NCBI GenBank assembly: GCA_964016885.1
Contig: OZ024743.1
Span: forward strand, 261,764,001-261,828,000
Origin: Eledone cirrhosa
Taxonomy: Eukaryota
DNA: 64,000 nucleotides
Reading direction: 5' to 3'
Below the pieces are notes generated by a model. The model was not told the origin of the DNA, ran no database searches, and saw nothing but the letters and a program-made list of their open reading frames with translations. Shown piece by piece: positions 26,319 through 40,425 of this stretch (its first letter is position 1; each line of letters begins with the position of its first letter). The position numbers and the translations under genes are program-made.

Positions 26319-26897
26319 GTTTTAAGGACTGCATCAAGGGGGCGCTCAAGAAAAGTAACATCCCTTGTGAGCACTGGGAAGCATGCGCTAGCAACCGATC
26401 GCATTGGAGGAAAGCAGTGGCTAGTGGCAAGAGTCTATTTGAGGAAACAAGAAGAAGGCACGTGACACAAAAAAGAGATGTCCGGAAAGGAATCCATGTT
26501 GGCCTTCCCGAAAGCACTGACAGACGGCCTGACCTGACATGTGGGACCTGTAATAGGGTTTGTCTGAGCATGGCAGGTCTAAAGAGTCACCTGAGAGTGC
26601 ACCAGAACAGGGAAGCAGGCACCTGTGGAGCTATAAGTGTTCATCAGACGACGACATGTAATGTTTGTGGAAGGGTATGCAGGTTGAGTAGTGATCTCAC
26701 ACAACACCTTGGGTCCCATGGTACCATGGGCCCAGCACTAGGTGTCAATAATTGTCACAAGTGTCGTGTTTGTACCAGAGTTTTAAAGTCGCTGGCTGGA
26801 CTAAAAAGCCACACTCGTTCAGCGCATCGGTAGGGGTTCTCTTACATGGATATATAGTAGTGGCCGTACTCGAAAACGAGTTGGCAGCCACCACCAT
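26319..26897 (+). mobile_element. RTE-BovB-type LINE 3' fragment with three C2H2 zinc fingers
   Basis: FKDCIKGALKKSNIPCEHWEACASNRSHWR, then CGTC..HLRVH, CNVC..HLGSH, CRVC..HTRSAH. Stop at 26833. Microsatellite flanks. Confidence 0.8.
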
Positions 26898-26994
26898 GTA
26901 TGTAGTATGTATATATGTGTGTGTGTATGTATATATATATATACATACGTAAGAATAAAGTAAAAATATTTTCGAAACAGCAAGTTGGTTTGAA

Positions 26995-27177
26995 ATTATT
27001 AGAAATGTAAGCTATCGCCGTATTTTAACTAAAGAAATTAAATGGAAAAATATGAGTATTGACGTACATGTACGTCAATACTCATCTTTTTCCATTTCTC
27101 TGAGGGTTCTTAACCCCACTATCAGGCTAAATAATTTCTTTAGTCAAAATACGGCGATAGCTTACATTTCTAATAAT
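26995..27177. repeat. Spacer-less palindrome / fold-back insertion between TA-rich tracts
   Basis: Centre gacgtaca|tgtacgtc at 27068/27069. Arms match out to 26995/27177; the right arm has ~35 extra bp. Confidence 0.85.
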
Positions 27178-27402
27178 ACATATAGTAATAATAATAAATT
27201 TGAAGACTAAAATCCAAAGAGGGCTTGATAAGGATAAATACATTTCAGATATATAAGAACCGTAGAGCAAATATTTATTAAAATAACAGATTAAAGTTTC
27301 TCTCTCTCTCTCTCCCCCCCCCCCTCTCTCTCTCTAAAAAGAAGAAGAAATCTCTCTCTCTATATATATTTGAATATGTGTTTAAAATACCATAGCATTT
27401 AA

Positions 27403-27565
27403 CCTTTTGGCATCTACATTACTCTATATTTACTATTATATTTTCACGGTAAACACTTTCTCACATAATTATCTAACATAAGTATGAGCAGCCAGTTATG
27501 GGTGGTTTGAACAGAAAGAGGTGAGAAAATTCTGGACGGATATGGCCGGTTTAAATGTTAAAGGG
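27403..27565. mobile_element. piggyBac-like MITE (deleted copy)
   Basis: TTAA flanks, degenerate CCCTTTAGCAT TIR, homologous to 28265-28485. Confidence 0.65.
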
Positions 27566-27807
27566 TTAAAGTATTTGAAAATTAAGTGATTGAATGAGCA
27601 CTCAATACTGGTGTAAAGAGTGTAGAAATTTATTTTCAAAATAGAAAAGTGCAGTTTATCTACACTTGTCTATCTGTCTGTCTGACTCTAAGGAACAGAT
27701 TTTCTTTTAAACATGTTTTATTGAAAACATATCATCTTTATTAAAGATTTTTGTGTTTCCTTATTAGTTCTTTGTTTAATTTGGAACAATTGAGTTCATA
27801 AATACAT

Positions 27808-27885
<78 letters not shown>

Positions 27886-28264
27886 GTATGTATGTAATCC
27901 AGGCCATACAAGAAAAGAATGGACCCCAAAATTATGTGCGTGTACAGCGACTTTTCTATGCCAGCATGGCACAATACAAATCTTTGGTTCACAAGAGGTG
28001 TAATGGGATAAAAGGCAGATAAACATGAAAGGAAGACTTTGTATGTAGTAGATGTTCAGAGTGTTCCTGATATAAACCTTTTCCAATCCCATGAAGGAAC
28101 CATAAGTATGGAATAGTGGATGGAAAATGATGATGATTCATAACCAACCTTTTTACCTAACACTAACCTTTTTAGTCATTTCTTTAGAAGATGCAGGGAT
28201 GTGGTGTACCTATTCAAAGCCTGTTATGCATATATCATAAGAACTACTTCAGAATCTGGCTTAA

Positions 28265-28485
28265 CCCTTTAGCATTCACATTACTCTATATATACTATTG
28301 TATTTTTGTAGTAAACACTTTATCTTACATAATTATCACACATAATATCGAATGTATGAGATTTTGATATTATTTATTTTCAGAACAATACCTTAACATC
28401 TGTATAAGTGGTCAGTTTCAACTGGTTTGAACAGAAAGAGGTGAGACATTTCTGGCTGGATATGGCCGGTTTGAATGCTAAAGGG
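28265..28485. mobile_element. piggyBac-like MITE
   Basis: TTAA|CCCTTTAGCATTCA ... TGAATGCTAAAGGG|TTAA (14-bp TIR, TTAA TSD). Confidence 0.8.
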
Positions 28486-28611
28486 TTAAAGCGTCTGTAA
28501 GCATCTAGTGAAAAAATTGTGTTGTATGGAGGTGTTCTGGTTTTTTCTTGCTAAACTGAGTGTAGTCGCGCACACACACACACATATATATACATGAATA
28601 GATAGATATGT

Positions 28612-29010
28612 ATCATCATCATCATCATCATCGTCCACCTTCCACGCTAGCATGGGTTTGGATGGTAATTTTCCCACTTGAGGCAAGATTGATTGTCTTG
28701 CTCGTATAGGGCTGTCTGGCGGGTTTTCTACGACTGGATGCCCTTCCTAACACCAACCACGTTTACAGTGTGAACTGGGAGGTTTTTACCGTGTTACCTA
28801 CACGGCCACATTACAGCGTGGACTGTGTGTTTTTTTGTCGTGACACCTACACGACCTCATTTATTTAGGACTGGATGTTTTGGTACCAACATAACTTTAC
28901 ATCGAAAGGGGGTGGTGTGGGTGGGATGGGGTGTATTTTGGTAAGAGGTGCCTACTGACTGTAGGTTTCGCTTTGCACTTAGGCAAGGCGGGTCTTCTGT
29001 ATTACTGCGT
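28612..29010 (-). mobile_element. RTE family B 3' UTR fragment
   Basis: Reverse complement of the 3' UTR at 4620-5020, with (CAT)n tail. Confidence 0.9.
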
Positions 29011-29639
29011 ATGTATATATGTATATATTTATATACATATACATATATGTATATATTTATATACATATACACACATTTCTATTCTTTCAGTTTCCCATAC
29101 ATTGCACTCCAACCTTAGCATGCATATCAGTAGTACATATATATATATGTATATGCATGTGTACAGTAGATATATATATATATATATATGTATGCATGCA
29201 TGCACTATGTGTATATATATGTGTGCAATGTGTATGTATGTTTACAGTATGTATGTGTGCAGTATCATATACATATATATATATATATGATGGCTGCAAC
29301 TCGATTTTGAGTCAAGTAATATCATCACTTGATACTTAAGATGAACATCACAGGCGTGGCTTTTTACTCCTGCTAGGGACTTGCCTATGGTCAGCAATAC
29401 CATGCATCACAAAAAATGTCACATATCAAATAATAAAAAAAAAAAATACTTTCATAACTGTATACTTTTGTTTGTTAATACTCTCATTTATTGAATACTT
29501 TCCATTTATGTGTGTTGGTTAAAAATAATTTCAGAAATCTTATCAACATGCCTTTTTCCTATAGCAATTTCTATCCTCATTCCAATTCTTGTTTCACTAC
29601 TAGCCATTCCATCCTATTTCCTCCTGTATTCTATGTATT

Positions 29640-32600
29640 CTCTCTCGTATTTTCCAAAACAAATCTTGTATTTTTGTTATTGCTTGTTAAATACGAAAGT
29701 TTTTGGCGTATTTTAGTAAACAAATCTTGTAGTTTTGTTATCGCTTGTTAAATACGAGGATCTCACTTAAACCTATTCTTCTCGCTAACAACTCAACACC
29801 CCTCCCTCCCGCCCCCACGCACCACCATTATTATTACGTGGACCAATCATAAGCCAGAGGCCTATACTATCGCTTACCTGGTCGCCTTCGATATGTAGGA
29901 TGGAAGGACTACGGAGTTCCGGAGAGTTGAAGAGAGAAAAATCTGGACGCTCAGCGACAATGCCAAAGATAAAGACAAACACACCTCGTGGACGAGAATG
30001 CGAGCATTCCTCTTTGTTTCGGCCGCGGATGGCTAACATAACCCCATCTCCCCCCGCTCCCACCCTCCAAACGCAATCCAAAACTTCAGAGTTGGTACCT
30101 TGAATGTAGGCACCTTAAAGGGTCGCTCTAACGAGGTTGTAGAAATGCTTGAACGTAAGGAGGTCGATGTTTGTTGTATTCAAGAGACCAGGTGGAGGGG
30201 TGGATCTGCTAGATTCATTGTGGGTAAAAAACGATGCTATAAGCTTTTCTGGATGGGAAATGACAATGGGCTGGGTGGAGTAGGAATCATGGTAGCAGAA
30301 AAGTGGGCAGATAAGATAATAGACGTAAATAGAGTGAACGACAGAATAATTAAAATAAGACTTGTCCTCAATAGAACTACGGTGACAGTAATATCTGCGT
30401 ACGCACCCCAATCCGGACTGCCCAGCACTATAAAAGACAGATTCTATGAGACACTGATGCTCACTACTTCCCAAATAACCGACAGTGACTATATAATTAT
30501 TGCAGGCGACCTAAACGGTCACGTTGGACAACATTGTGACGGCTACGACGAAATCCATGGAGGCTATGGGTTTGGTACTAGAAATGAGGAAGGCTCCAGA
30601 ATCCTGGAATTCTGTGACGCAAATAACCTAACTATCTGCAACACTAACTTCAAAAAATGAGACAATCACTTGATCACCTACAGTTCAGGGGAACATACCA
30701 GCCAGGTAGATTATATCCTTACCAGAAGACGTGACAGAGTGACTGTTGTAAACACTAAATCCCTCCCCCATGAAGAATGCACCTCCCAACATAGACTGAT
30801 AATTAGCGACCTCATAGTCAGGACGAGACGTACTCGACAGCAGAAGAGGACTATCCTCAGGAGAAAAATATGGAAGCTAAAGGACCCCACAGCCAAAAAT
30901 AAATTTCAAAGCATATTACTTGATGCTTTCGACAGTAAGGAAGAGCAATTAGAGTCGTACAAGGTAGAGGAACAGTGGGAATTCCTGAAAGCAAACCTGC
31001 TGACGGCGGCAGACGAAGTCTGTGGCTGGAGCAGGCCTGTAGGCAGGAGGAGAGTAACAGGCAATGTGTCAAGAAAAACAGCGATATTGTCGGGGAGGAC
31101 GGCGTACTTGCCATCACCGACGCTGATAAGAAGGTAGCTTGGAAGTGTCACTATGAAAGGCTACTAAATGAGGAGAATAAATGGGAGAAAGATAGTCTGC
31201 CCCAAATCGATCCAATAGAAGGACCAGCGGTGCAAGTTAAAGGTAGTATAATAAGTAAGGCAATCAAAGATATGAAGACAGGCAAGGCAGCTGGGCCTCC
31301 AGAGATAGTTGCTGAGATGTTGAAGGCATCTGGTATGGTGGGACACACTACTGTCACCCGTATAGTTAACCAAGTCATACAGGATGGGGTTGTTCCGAAG
31401 GACTGGCGTAGCAGCATCATCGTTAACTGTTATAAGGGTAAAGGAGATGCCCTAGATAGGAGTAACTATAGAGGCATTAAATTAATCGACCAGGTCATGA
31501 AGGTCACGGAAAAAGTAATAGCGCAACTAATCAGAGAGCGAATTGATCTAGATGAAATGCAGTTCGGGTTTGTGTCAGGAAAAAGTACCACAGACGCTCT
31601 TTTCATTGTACGACAACTACAGGAGAAGTACCTAGCTAAAAGTAAACCCCTATACTTAGCTTTTGTTGACTTGGAGAAAGCCTTTGACAGAGTCCCCCGC
31701 TCCATTATCTGGTGGGCTCTTAGAAAACTAGGTGTTGATGAATGGCTTGTGAGAGCTATACAAGCCATGTATAAAGAAACAGTCAGCAAGGTTAGAATTA
31801 ACAACGAATATAGTGAAGAGTTTAGTGTAAAAGTTGGTGTTCATCAGGGCTCTGTTCTTAGCCCCCTACTATTTATTATTGCCCTCCAGGCTATAACAGT
31901 GGAGTTCAAGACCGGCTGCCCATGGGAACTCCTATACGCAGATGATCTAACGCTCATAGCTGAATCAATGGCCGAGCTAGAGAAGAAATTCCAAACATGG
32001 AAGCACGGCCTAGAATCAAAAGGCCTTAAAATTAACCTGGCTAAGACTAAAGTTCTAGTTTGTAAGAAAGAAAATAAGGCGGCGGTCCCCTCCGGGAAGT
32101 GGCCATGCTCAGTGTGTAGGAAAGGCGTAGGTAGAAACTCCATTTTGTGTCCCAAATGCAAAGTATGGGTGCATAAAAGATGTAGTGGGATCACAGATAA
32201 GCTAACTAAGAACATAGATTTTACATGTGGCCGGTGTTCTGGGGTAATAAGTAGCAGCAAGTGCCCACAAAATACTAGCTCTTTCAACTGCGCAGAGGGT
32301 TCTATAGAAATAGTGGACAGCTTCCGTTACCTGGGTGACAAAATCAGTAGTGGGGGAGGGTGCTCTGAAAGTACAGTAGCTAGAGTCAGAACTGGGTGGA
32401 AAAAGTTCAGAGAGCTTATACCTCTACTAGCCGCTAAAGGGTTCTCCCTAAAAATGAAAGGCAGGCTGTATGAGGCCTGCATACGAACAGCAATGTTGCA
32501 TGGCAGTGAGACTTGGGCAGTGTGTGCAGAGGATATACGCAGACTAGAGAGAAACGAAGCTTGCATGCTCCGCTGGATGTGTAATAGTAATATACGTGAA

Positions 32601-33273
32601 CGGCAAAGCATAAACGAACTAAGGAAAAAATTAGAAATAAGAGGGATCAGACGTTGTTTATTTGAGAGAAGGCTACGTTGGTATGGTCACGTGATGCACA
32701 TGAAGGACGATAGCTGTATAACAAAGTGCAGGGCAATAAAGATAGACGGTAGCCACGGAATAGGCAGACCCAGAAAAACCTGGGACGAGCTGATAAATTC
32801 CGACCTCACACACTTACACCTCTCCAAGACAATGTCACTGGACCGAGACCTTTGGCGGTACTCAGTAATAGAGAAGACCCGCTTTACCTAAATACAAAGT
32901 AAAACCTACTACAGTCAGTAGGCATCTCTAACAAAATACACCCCGCGTCACCACCCCCACCCCACCCACACCGCCCCTTTCAATGTAAAGTTATGTTGGT
33001 GCCACAACATCCAGGCCGAAACAAATGAGATCGTGTAGGTGTCACGTCAAAAAAACACACAGTTCACGCTGTAATGTGGGCGTGTAGGCAACACGGTAAA
33101 AACCTCCCAGCCCCACACTGTAAATGTGGTTGGTGTTGGGAAGGGCATCCAGCTGTAGAAAACCCGCCAGATAGTCCTATGCGAGCAAGATAATCACTCT
33201 TGCTTCAAGTGGGAAACCCCCGTCCAAACCCATGCAAGCGTGGAACACGGACATTAAACGTTGATGATGATGA
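29640..33273 (+). mobile_element. RTE LINE family B, near full-length (5' boundary approximate)
   Basis: APE domain (30100-30820), RT (YADD), 3' UTR and (GAT)n tail. Confidence 0.94.
30100..32891 (+). pseudogene. RTE APE-RT polyprotein, inactivated
   Basis: TGA at 30658-30660. An internal deletion with frameshift at ~31058 removes the WWWN...KIA segment present in family A. Confidence 0.92.
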
Positions 33274-33480
33274 ATGAATAATATCAATTAGGTTAATTTC
33301 TATAGATTTTCTGCTGGTATACAATGTCATTTCTGCTATTATGATAGTAATTCGACAGATTTAAACAAATATTTTCTAAATTGTTTTCATGTTTGTATAT
33401 ATTGAAGAGTTTTGGCTGTTTTTTAGATATTTTGTTCAATGGCTTGTCTGTATATCATATTTACATATATTACATAAGGA

Positions 33481-35092
33481 TAGCTTTTGTCGACTTGGAG
33501 AAAGCCTTCGACAGAGTCCCCCGTTCCATTATCTGGTGGGCTCTTAGAAAACTAGGTGTTGACGAATGGCTTGTGAGAGCTATACAAGCCATGTATAAAG
33601 AAACAGTCAGCAAGGTTAGAATTAACAACGAATATAGTGAAGAGTTTAGCGTAAAAGTTGGTGTCCATCAGGGCTCTGTTCTTAGCCCCCTACTATTTAT
33701 TATTGCCCTTCAGGCTATAACAGAGGAGTTCAAGACCAGCTGCCCATGGGAACTCCTATACGCAGATGATCTAACGCTCATAGCTGAATCAATGGCCGAG
33801 CTAGAGAAGAATTCCAAACATAGAAGCATGGCCTAGAATCAAAAGGCCTTAAAATTAACCTGGCTAAGACTAAAGTTCTAGTTTGTAGGAAAGAAAATAA
33901 GGTGCCGGTCCCTTCCGGGAAATGGCCATGCTCAGTGTGTAGGAAAGGCGTAGGTAGAAACTCCATTTTATGTCCCAAATGCAAAGTATGGGTGCATAAA
34001 AGATGTAGTGGGATCACAGGTAAGCTAACTAAGAACATAGATTTTACATGTGGCCGGTGCTCTGGTGCAATAAGTAGCAGCAAGTGCCCACAAAATACTA
34101 GCTCTTTCAATTGCGCAGCGGGTTCTATAGAAATAGTGGACAGCTTCCGTTACCTGGGTGACAAAATCAGCAGTGGGGGAAGGTGCTCTGAAAGTACAGT
34201 AGCCAGAGTCAGAACTGGATGGAAAAAGTTCAGAGAGCTTATACCACTATTAGCCGCTAAAGGGTTCTCCCTAAAAATGAAAGGCAGGTTGTATGTTGCC
34301 TGCATACGGACAGCAATGTTGCATGGCAGTGAGACCTGGACATTGTGTGCAGAGGATATACGCAGACTAGAGAGGAACGAAGCTTGCATGCTCCGCTGGA
34401 TGTGTAATAGTAATATACGTGAACGGCAAATCATAAACGAACTAAGGAAAAAATTAGAAATAAGAGGGATCAGATGTTGTTTACTCAAGAGAAGGCTACG
34501 TTGGTATGGTTACGTGATGCGCATGAAAGACGACAGCTGTATAACAAAGTGCAGGGCAATAAAGATAGACGGTAGCCACGGAGTAGGCAGACCCAGAAAA
34601 ACCTGGGACGAGCTGATAAATTCCGACCTCACACACTTACACCTCTCCAAGACAATGTCACTGGACCAAGACCTTTGGTGGTACTCAGTAATAGAGAAGA
34701 CCCGCCTTACCTAAATACAAAGTAAAAACCTACTACAGTCAGTAGGCATCTCTAACCCCCCCCCCCCCCCCCCCCCAATCCACTCCGCCCCTTTCAATGT
34801 AAAGTTATGTTGGTGCCACAACATCCAGGCCGAAACAAATGACGTTGTGTAGGTGTCACGACAAAAAAAACAGTCCACGCTGTAATGTGGCCATGTAGGC
34901 AACACAGTAAAAACCTCCCAGCCCCACACTGTAAATGTGGTTGGTGTTAGGAAGGGCATCCAGCTGTAGAAAACCCACCAGACAGTCCTACGCGAGCAAG
35001 ACAACCACTCTTGCCTCAAGTGGGAAAACTCCCATCCAAACCCATGCAAGCGTGGAACATGGACGTTAAACGATGATCATGATGTTGATGAT
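33481..35092 (+). mobile_element. RTE LINE family B, 5'-truncated, frameshifted
   Basis: AFVDLEKAFDRV...YADD, frameshift and stop near 33810-33822, same 3' UTR and tail. Confidence 0.94.
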
Positions 35093-35261
35093 AATCTTAG
35101 TCTTCCACTCATACATACATGCTTGCACATACACTTGCACTCAGGCACAATTATTATGAAATTTTGTGTGTCCAACACCTTTCTCTTTTTCTTTTAATCT
35201 TTGTCTTTCCATATTTTACTTTCCATACACTATCTTTTTAAACAGTGCTTCATTTGTGCCT

Positions 35262-36090
35262 GTTGACCTAGATGAGATGAAGTTTGGCTTTGTGCGAGGA
35301 AGAGGTGCTACTGATGCCTTCTTTCCCATGAAACAATTTCAAAAATACTTAACTAAGAATGACCTCCTCTACTTCGTACTAATTGACCTGGTACCTCTTT
35401 CTATAGTCTGGTGGGTTCTTAGGAAATTAGTAATAAATGATTGGCTTGTGAGGGTTGACAGGGTATATACAGAGGTGCACTTAGCATGGCTAGGGTTAAC
35501 AATGAGTACAATGAGTAACAATGAGTACAAGGATTTAATGTACAAGTAGAGGTTCACCAGGTCTCAAAGTAAATTTAGCAAGAACTCTCCTACATGTAGG
35601 AAAGAAAACAGCTCTGATTTCATCAGAGATATGGCTGATCTCAGAATACAAAGAAGGAGTGTGTACAAATCCCATACTATGTACATAATCAAATAGGCCC
35701 TATCAAATGCTCATATGCCTCCCTAGAAGTAGTTGACAGTTTTTGTTACCTGTGTGACCTAATTGGAAATGGGGGTGGATATTCTGAAATTACCGTAGCT
35801 ACAGCATGCTGGCTATGAGGGGTTTCTTTCTTAGAGTGAAAGGCAAATTGTATGATGTCTGAGTGTAGTGTGATGCAGCATGGGAGTGAAAAGTAGACAT
35901 TGAATGGGAAAGATTTGCAAAGATTGGAAAGAAAAAGGTGAGCATGCTGTGATGGATGTGTCATAGGAGTGTACATGAATGATGAAGCGTTAATAAGCTG
36001 AGAAGATGGAGTGCAGTGTACAAGAGAGAAGATTGCACTGGTATGGACATGTGATGCATATGGAGGATGACAGCTGCATATAAACAAGGT
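35262..36090 (+). mobile_element. Old degenerate RTE RT fragment
   Basis: DLDEMKFGFVRGRGATDAFF...WWVLRKL. Heavily disrupted. Confidence 0.8.
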
Positions 36091-36359
36091 GAAAGTAAAA
36101 TGGAAATGATTGTGTGATATATCTACATTTAGGTCAATCCCCTTCCATCTCCTCCCTCCACCACCAACACTACTACCTCACTCTATTGATATGTTTCCTT
36201 CCTTCTCTGAATCACCTTCACTCACTTTCTCATTTTCTGTATCTCACTGTTCACATAACTGGGGGCAGCTTAGGACTTGCCAGGTCTCCATCGCCCTCTG
36301 ATGCTCACCCACTCTTCCATAATCACTAAAAAATGCTGCCCATAGAAGGGTACCTTTAG

Positions 36360-36396
<37 letters not shown>

Positions 36397-38558
36397 ATCA
36401 TACACACCAATCTTATGAATCTACCTTTCTTTCTCTCTTCCCCACCACAATCTTTTCTCTGACCTGCCAGCCATCACTGCCTCTCCTCAAGGCCACTTTT
36501 AGCAATATCCACTACACAACACTTGTTTCCTCCCTGTATATCTTTCTATCTCTTGCTGTTTCTCCCTCTTTCTCTGTATTTCTCTCCCCATTCTCTCGCT
36601 GTCTGCTTGTCTCTCTCCTTCTCTGTCACCCCCCTCTCTCTGCATCTCTATCTACACCTGTCTCTTTCCCTTTCTATCTCTCTCTGCATGACTTTCTCTC
36701 CCCCACTCTCTCTTTGTCTGCATATCTCTCTGCTGCTCCATCCCTCTCTCTGCTGCTCCATCCCTCTCTCTCCTTTGCCCCACTCTCAGTCAACCACAAA
36801 CATGTAGCTACCTTTACTCCCTCCACAGTGTCATTCCATCATACTCTCCCCCCAATCATGGACACTCGTCACTTCACTCTTGCAGTCATGACTTTTTCAC
36901 CATGTGCTCTTATGTTCTATCCCACTGTGTGGCATCTTGCACAAGTGTTTTCTCCTATAGCGTCAGGTTGACCAATTCTTTGTGAGTGAATTTGGTGGAC
37001 AACACTAAGAAATCTCACTGTGTAAGTGTGTGTGTGTGTGTGTGTGTGTGTGTCAGAGATAGATAGTTAGAGAAAGAGTTTGTCTCACATTGTCTTCACA
37101 TTGAACATCTAAGTTTAAAGTCTGTCTTAAGCCAGAAGACTCATTTGGCCGGTGCTTATCCCAGTTTCATGGTGTGAAGCGACTGAGAGTACAAGACTTC
37201 CCTCTGGACAGGACACCAGTCCATCACAGGGTTAAACCCACAGCTATTGCTGGTACTCATTTTCAGCCGAGTGTACTGGAGCAAAATGAAATATGTTTTG
37301 CTCAAGGACACAACACGCAATCCAGCCCAGGAATTGAACCCACAACATTATGATTGTAAGTCCAACACTCTTACCACTAGTCCATGAACCTCTATACATT
37401 GAACATCACAGGTGATAAATTATTGTTTATGTTCCAAATAAAGTGATCATGTTGTTCAGCAAAGATCCAAATCTTACTTAACTTTTAACATCCTGTACCA
37501 CATGAAACTGCATTAACAAGACATTCTTGAAAAGTATAAAACAGCACTAAGACTGTATTGGATTAAAAATTTAAGTCTTTACTATTCTTAAGCTGCAAAT
37601 TTTCACAACAATCTGTTCACTAGTAAAGATACTATAAACATTTGAATTAGCAAACCCATTTTTAGATATTTTTCTGCTAAATCATTACAGGATGTTGATT
37701 TAGTTAAGGCAGTTGAAGGTTGGCACCAGTAAAATCATTTAGATATAGTAATCTGCCTTTAAACAGTTGTTAGACCCATGCCAATATGGAAATAGGAGCA
37801 TAAAACTGATGATGTTATGTTCAAATTTATATAAAAATGGTTTATAATCTATATATAGGTGTGTGTGTGTGGGGGGGGGGGGGGTCGATGCATGTGTTTG
37901 TGTGTGTATTGGTGTGTATGTATGTGTGTATGTGGTGTTATGACAAGGTTATGTTTTCAATGGCAGTGTTAATTCCTTGTAAATATTACTACTGTCTTAC
38001 CAATAGACACTGCTGCCACCACCACCACCACCACCACCACCAGTAGCAGCAGTAGCGGTAGTAGTGGTAACTGTTGTGGTAGTAGTAGTTGTTGTATATA
38101 TTTATCTATCAGTGCAGTGATGGATCAGTGTATCTGATTGTGAAAACCTATCTAGTTGGCTGGAAACTCAATTCCTTTCTTTAATTATCTGTTATCATGG
38201 AGGAGGCATTCTTGGAATCACTTAGCTAAAGTTACTACTCTACAGAAAGATGCTGCTACAGAAACTTGGGCTGCGGTGTGTAGGGACTTTCGCTCATCAT
38301 CATCATCATCATCATTATTTTTAATGTTATCTTTTTGTTGTTGTTTATTTTTGTTTTTTGTATGTTGTGTTGTTTGAGATTTAGGTTCTTTCAAATAAAA
38401 AAAAATATTCACTGTATGATTCTTTCAGTGGCAGGACACACACTCACTCATTGGAGAGAGTAAGACGGAAACATAAATAAATATATAATATATATATATA
38501 TCAATTTTTACTTAAGTTTAATGTTTTACACACACATTCACTCACACTCACACACACA

Positions 38559-38590
<32 letters not shown>

Positions 38591-38592
<2 letters not shown>

Positions 38593-38682
38593 CCCAAAAA
38601 TGTATACACACTTTGATTACCTGTACAGGCAATATTTATTAAAATGCTGTTAAAGTGTGTATACATTTTTGGGGACACCCTG
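38591..38682. mobile_element. Tiny Tc1/mariner-type MITE
   Basis: gtcccaaaaatgtatacacacttt ... aaagtgtgtatacatttttggggacaccctg|ta. Confidence 0.6.
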
Positions 38683-39128
38683 TATATTATAAAGATCTTG
38701 CTGTTTCAACAGCAAAAGAGTAAGGGCTCAGCCATTGGGCAGTAATTCATTACATTACCTACACTCTACTTTCTTAAGTATCAAGTAGTAAGCTGAACAA
38801 TGGTCTCACTAGTCTAAACTGGTAACTCCCAATTTATAAATACACACACACACACACACACACTTCAAGAGAAATATGTGTGTGTAACTCTATATATGTG
38901 TGTGTGTACATATGTATATATGTGTTTATGCACGTTTGATACAACCACATAGTTACTTCCTACTTGCATTATATATATATATATATTATGTGTGTATGTT
39001 TTCACACCGGTATCAATACCAGTGCAAATAAAAACAAATACTCAATATTGTTAAGCAGAGTGGAATGTTTATTGAAAGCTGATTCTGTGTGAAGAATCAT
39101 CACTATTTGGAGATTCTCATTCCTGATC

Positions 39129-39183
<55 letters not shown>

Positions 39184-39982
39184 GTCCAAACTGTCAATGG
39201 GTCGTTTTGTTGCCACAATAAAAAGTACCCAGTCCACACGCTAAATGTGGTTGGCATTAGGAAGGGTAACCAGCTGTAGAAACCAAGCCAGAAACAGTTC
39301 TGTATGAGCAAGACATGGTCACCTAATCTGACTTGTCTCACAATGGAGGAACTCGTCTAACACATATTACTGTGGAAAATTGACCCTAAACGATGATGAT
39401 GATATATATCATCATGGTCATTGTTTTAATGTTCACTTTCCCTGCTAGCAAAGTTTGGAGGGTCTACAAAGACCCAGTTAATACTGAAGCGGAACCACTG
39501 ATCTCCCAGGCAGGCCAGGGATCTGTGCCTCGCTTATGTATGGTCAACGCTCAAGCGAGTGTACAAGAGAGGTTGACATGTCTTTGACACAACTGAGGGT
39601 CCTCCCATCCCTTTGTATGGCTAGATTTCTACTGCTAGATTCCCTTCCTACCATCAACCACTTTACAGCATGTACTGGGGTTGTTTATCGTGTAGGCTAC
39701 CAAACACTAGGGAGGCTGTCATGTCCTTGACATGACTGTCTCCAGACCCTTTGTCTGGCAAGCTTTCTATGGCTGGATGGAATGAGGGGTGGGTGGCATG
39801 TGCAGGGTTGAAATAATAATGTTGAGAAGAATAACTGTTGGGGAGTGCTAGTAGAAGTGGGATAGGTCAGGTCACATTGCATGCTGCACGCCGAGTCTTC
39901 CTCAGGACTGTATAGCGCTAGCCCTCACACTCTTTAGTCATTTCTGTTGTGAAGTTTAGTTTTTTAAAGTTGGTCTTCACCA

Positions 39983-40024
<42 letters not shown>

Positions 40025-40425
40025 TTGTGATACAGGAATGTGTTTTACTGACATAACTTATTTCATATATTTCATGAAGTCTCTGATGACATAGGATTGA
40101 GTGAAATTAAGGTTTGATACCAAATTCTTTGTATCAATGCTCAGATTGTAATGTATAAACACATCTATATCTAAACTATAATAAAGTAAGGAGTGCGCGA
40201 CTGCATTCAGAATATATTTTTTTATCCCGTTTGTAAAATAAGTTGGATTACATAATTTATCTACTAAATTTCGTTGTTCTTGATTAAATATAAATAATTT
40301 TGTTGCTTATTTTAAGATTCACTTCTTTAAAATGTTCAAATGTCAACACTTCCGGTTAGCGATCGCTCAAATAAACATTCATATATTTCCGTCACTAATT
40401 TTCCCCTAATGCAGTTTATATACAA

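Noticed and set aside
29880-30040. HDV-like ribozyme at the RTE-B 5' end (ggCTAA followed by an ATG-less frame)
   Set aside because: I could not build P1/P1.1/L3 with the conserved UCC loop. A 1-bp frameshift in the C-runs explains the missing ATG more simply.
38405-38460. Minus-strand ccaatga-gtg...cac-tgaaa hammerhead-like text
   Set aside because: Two core mismatches and no stem III.
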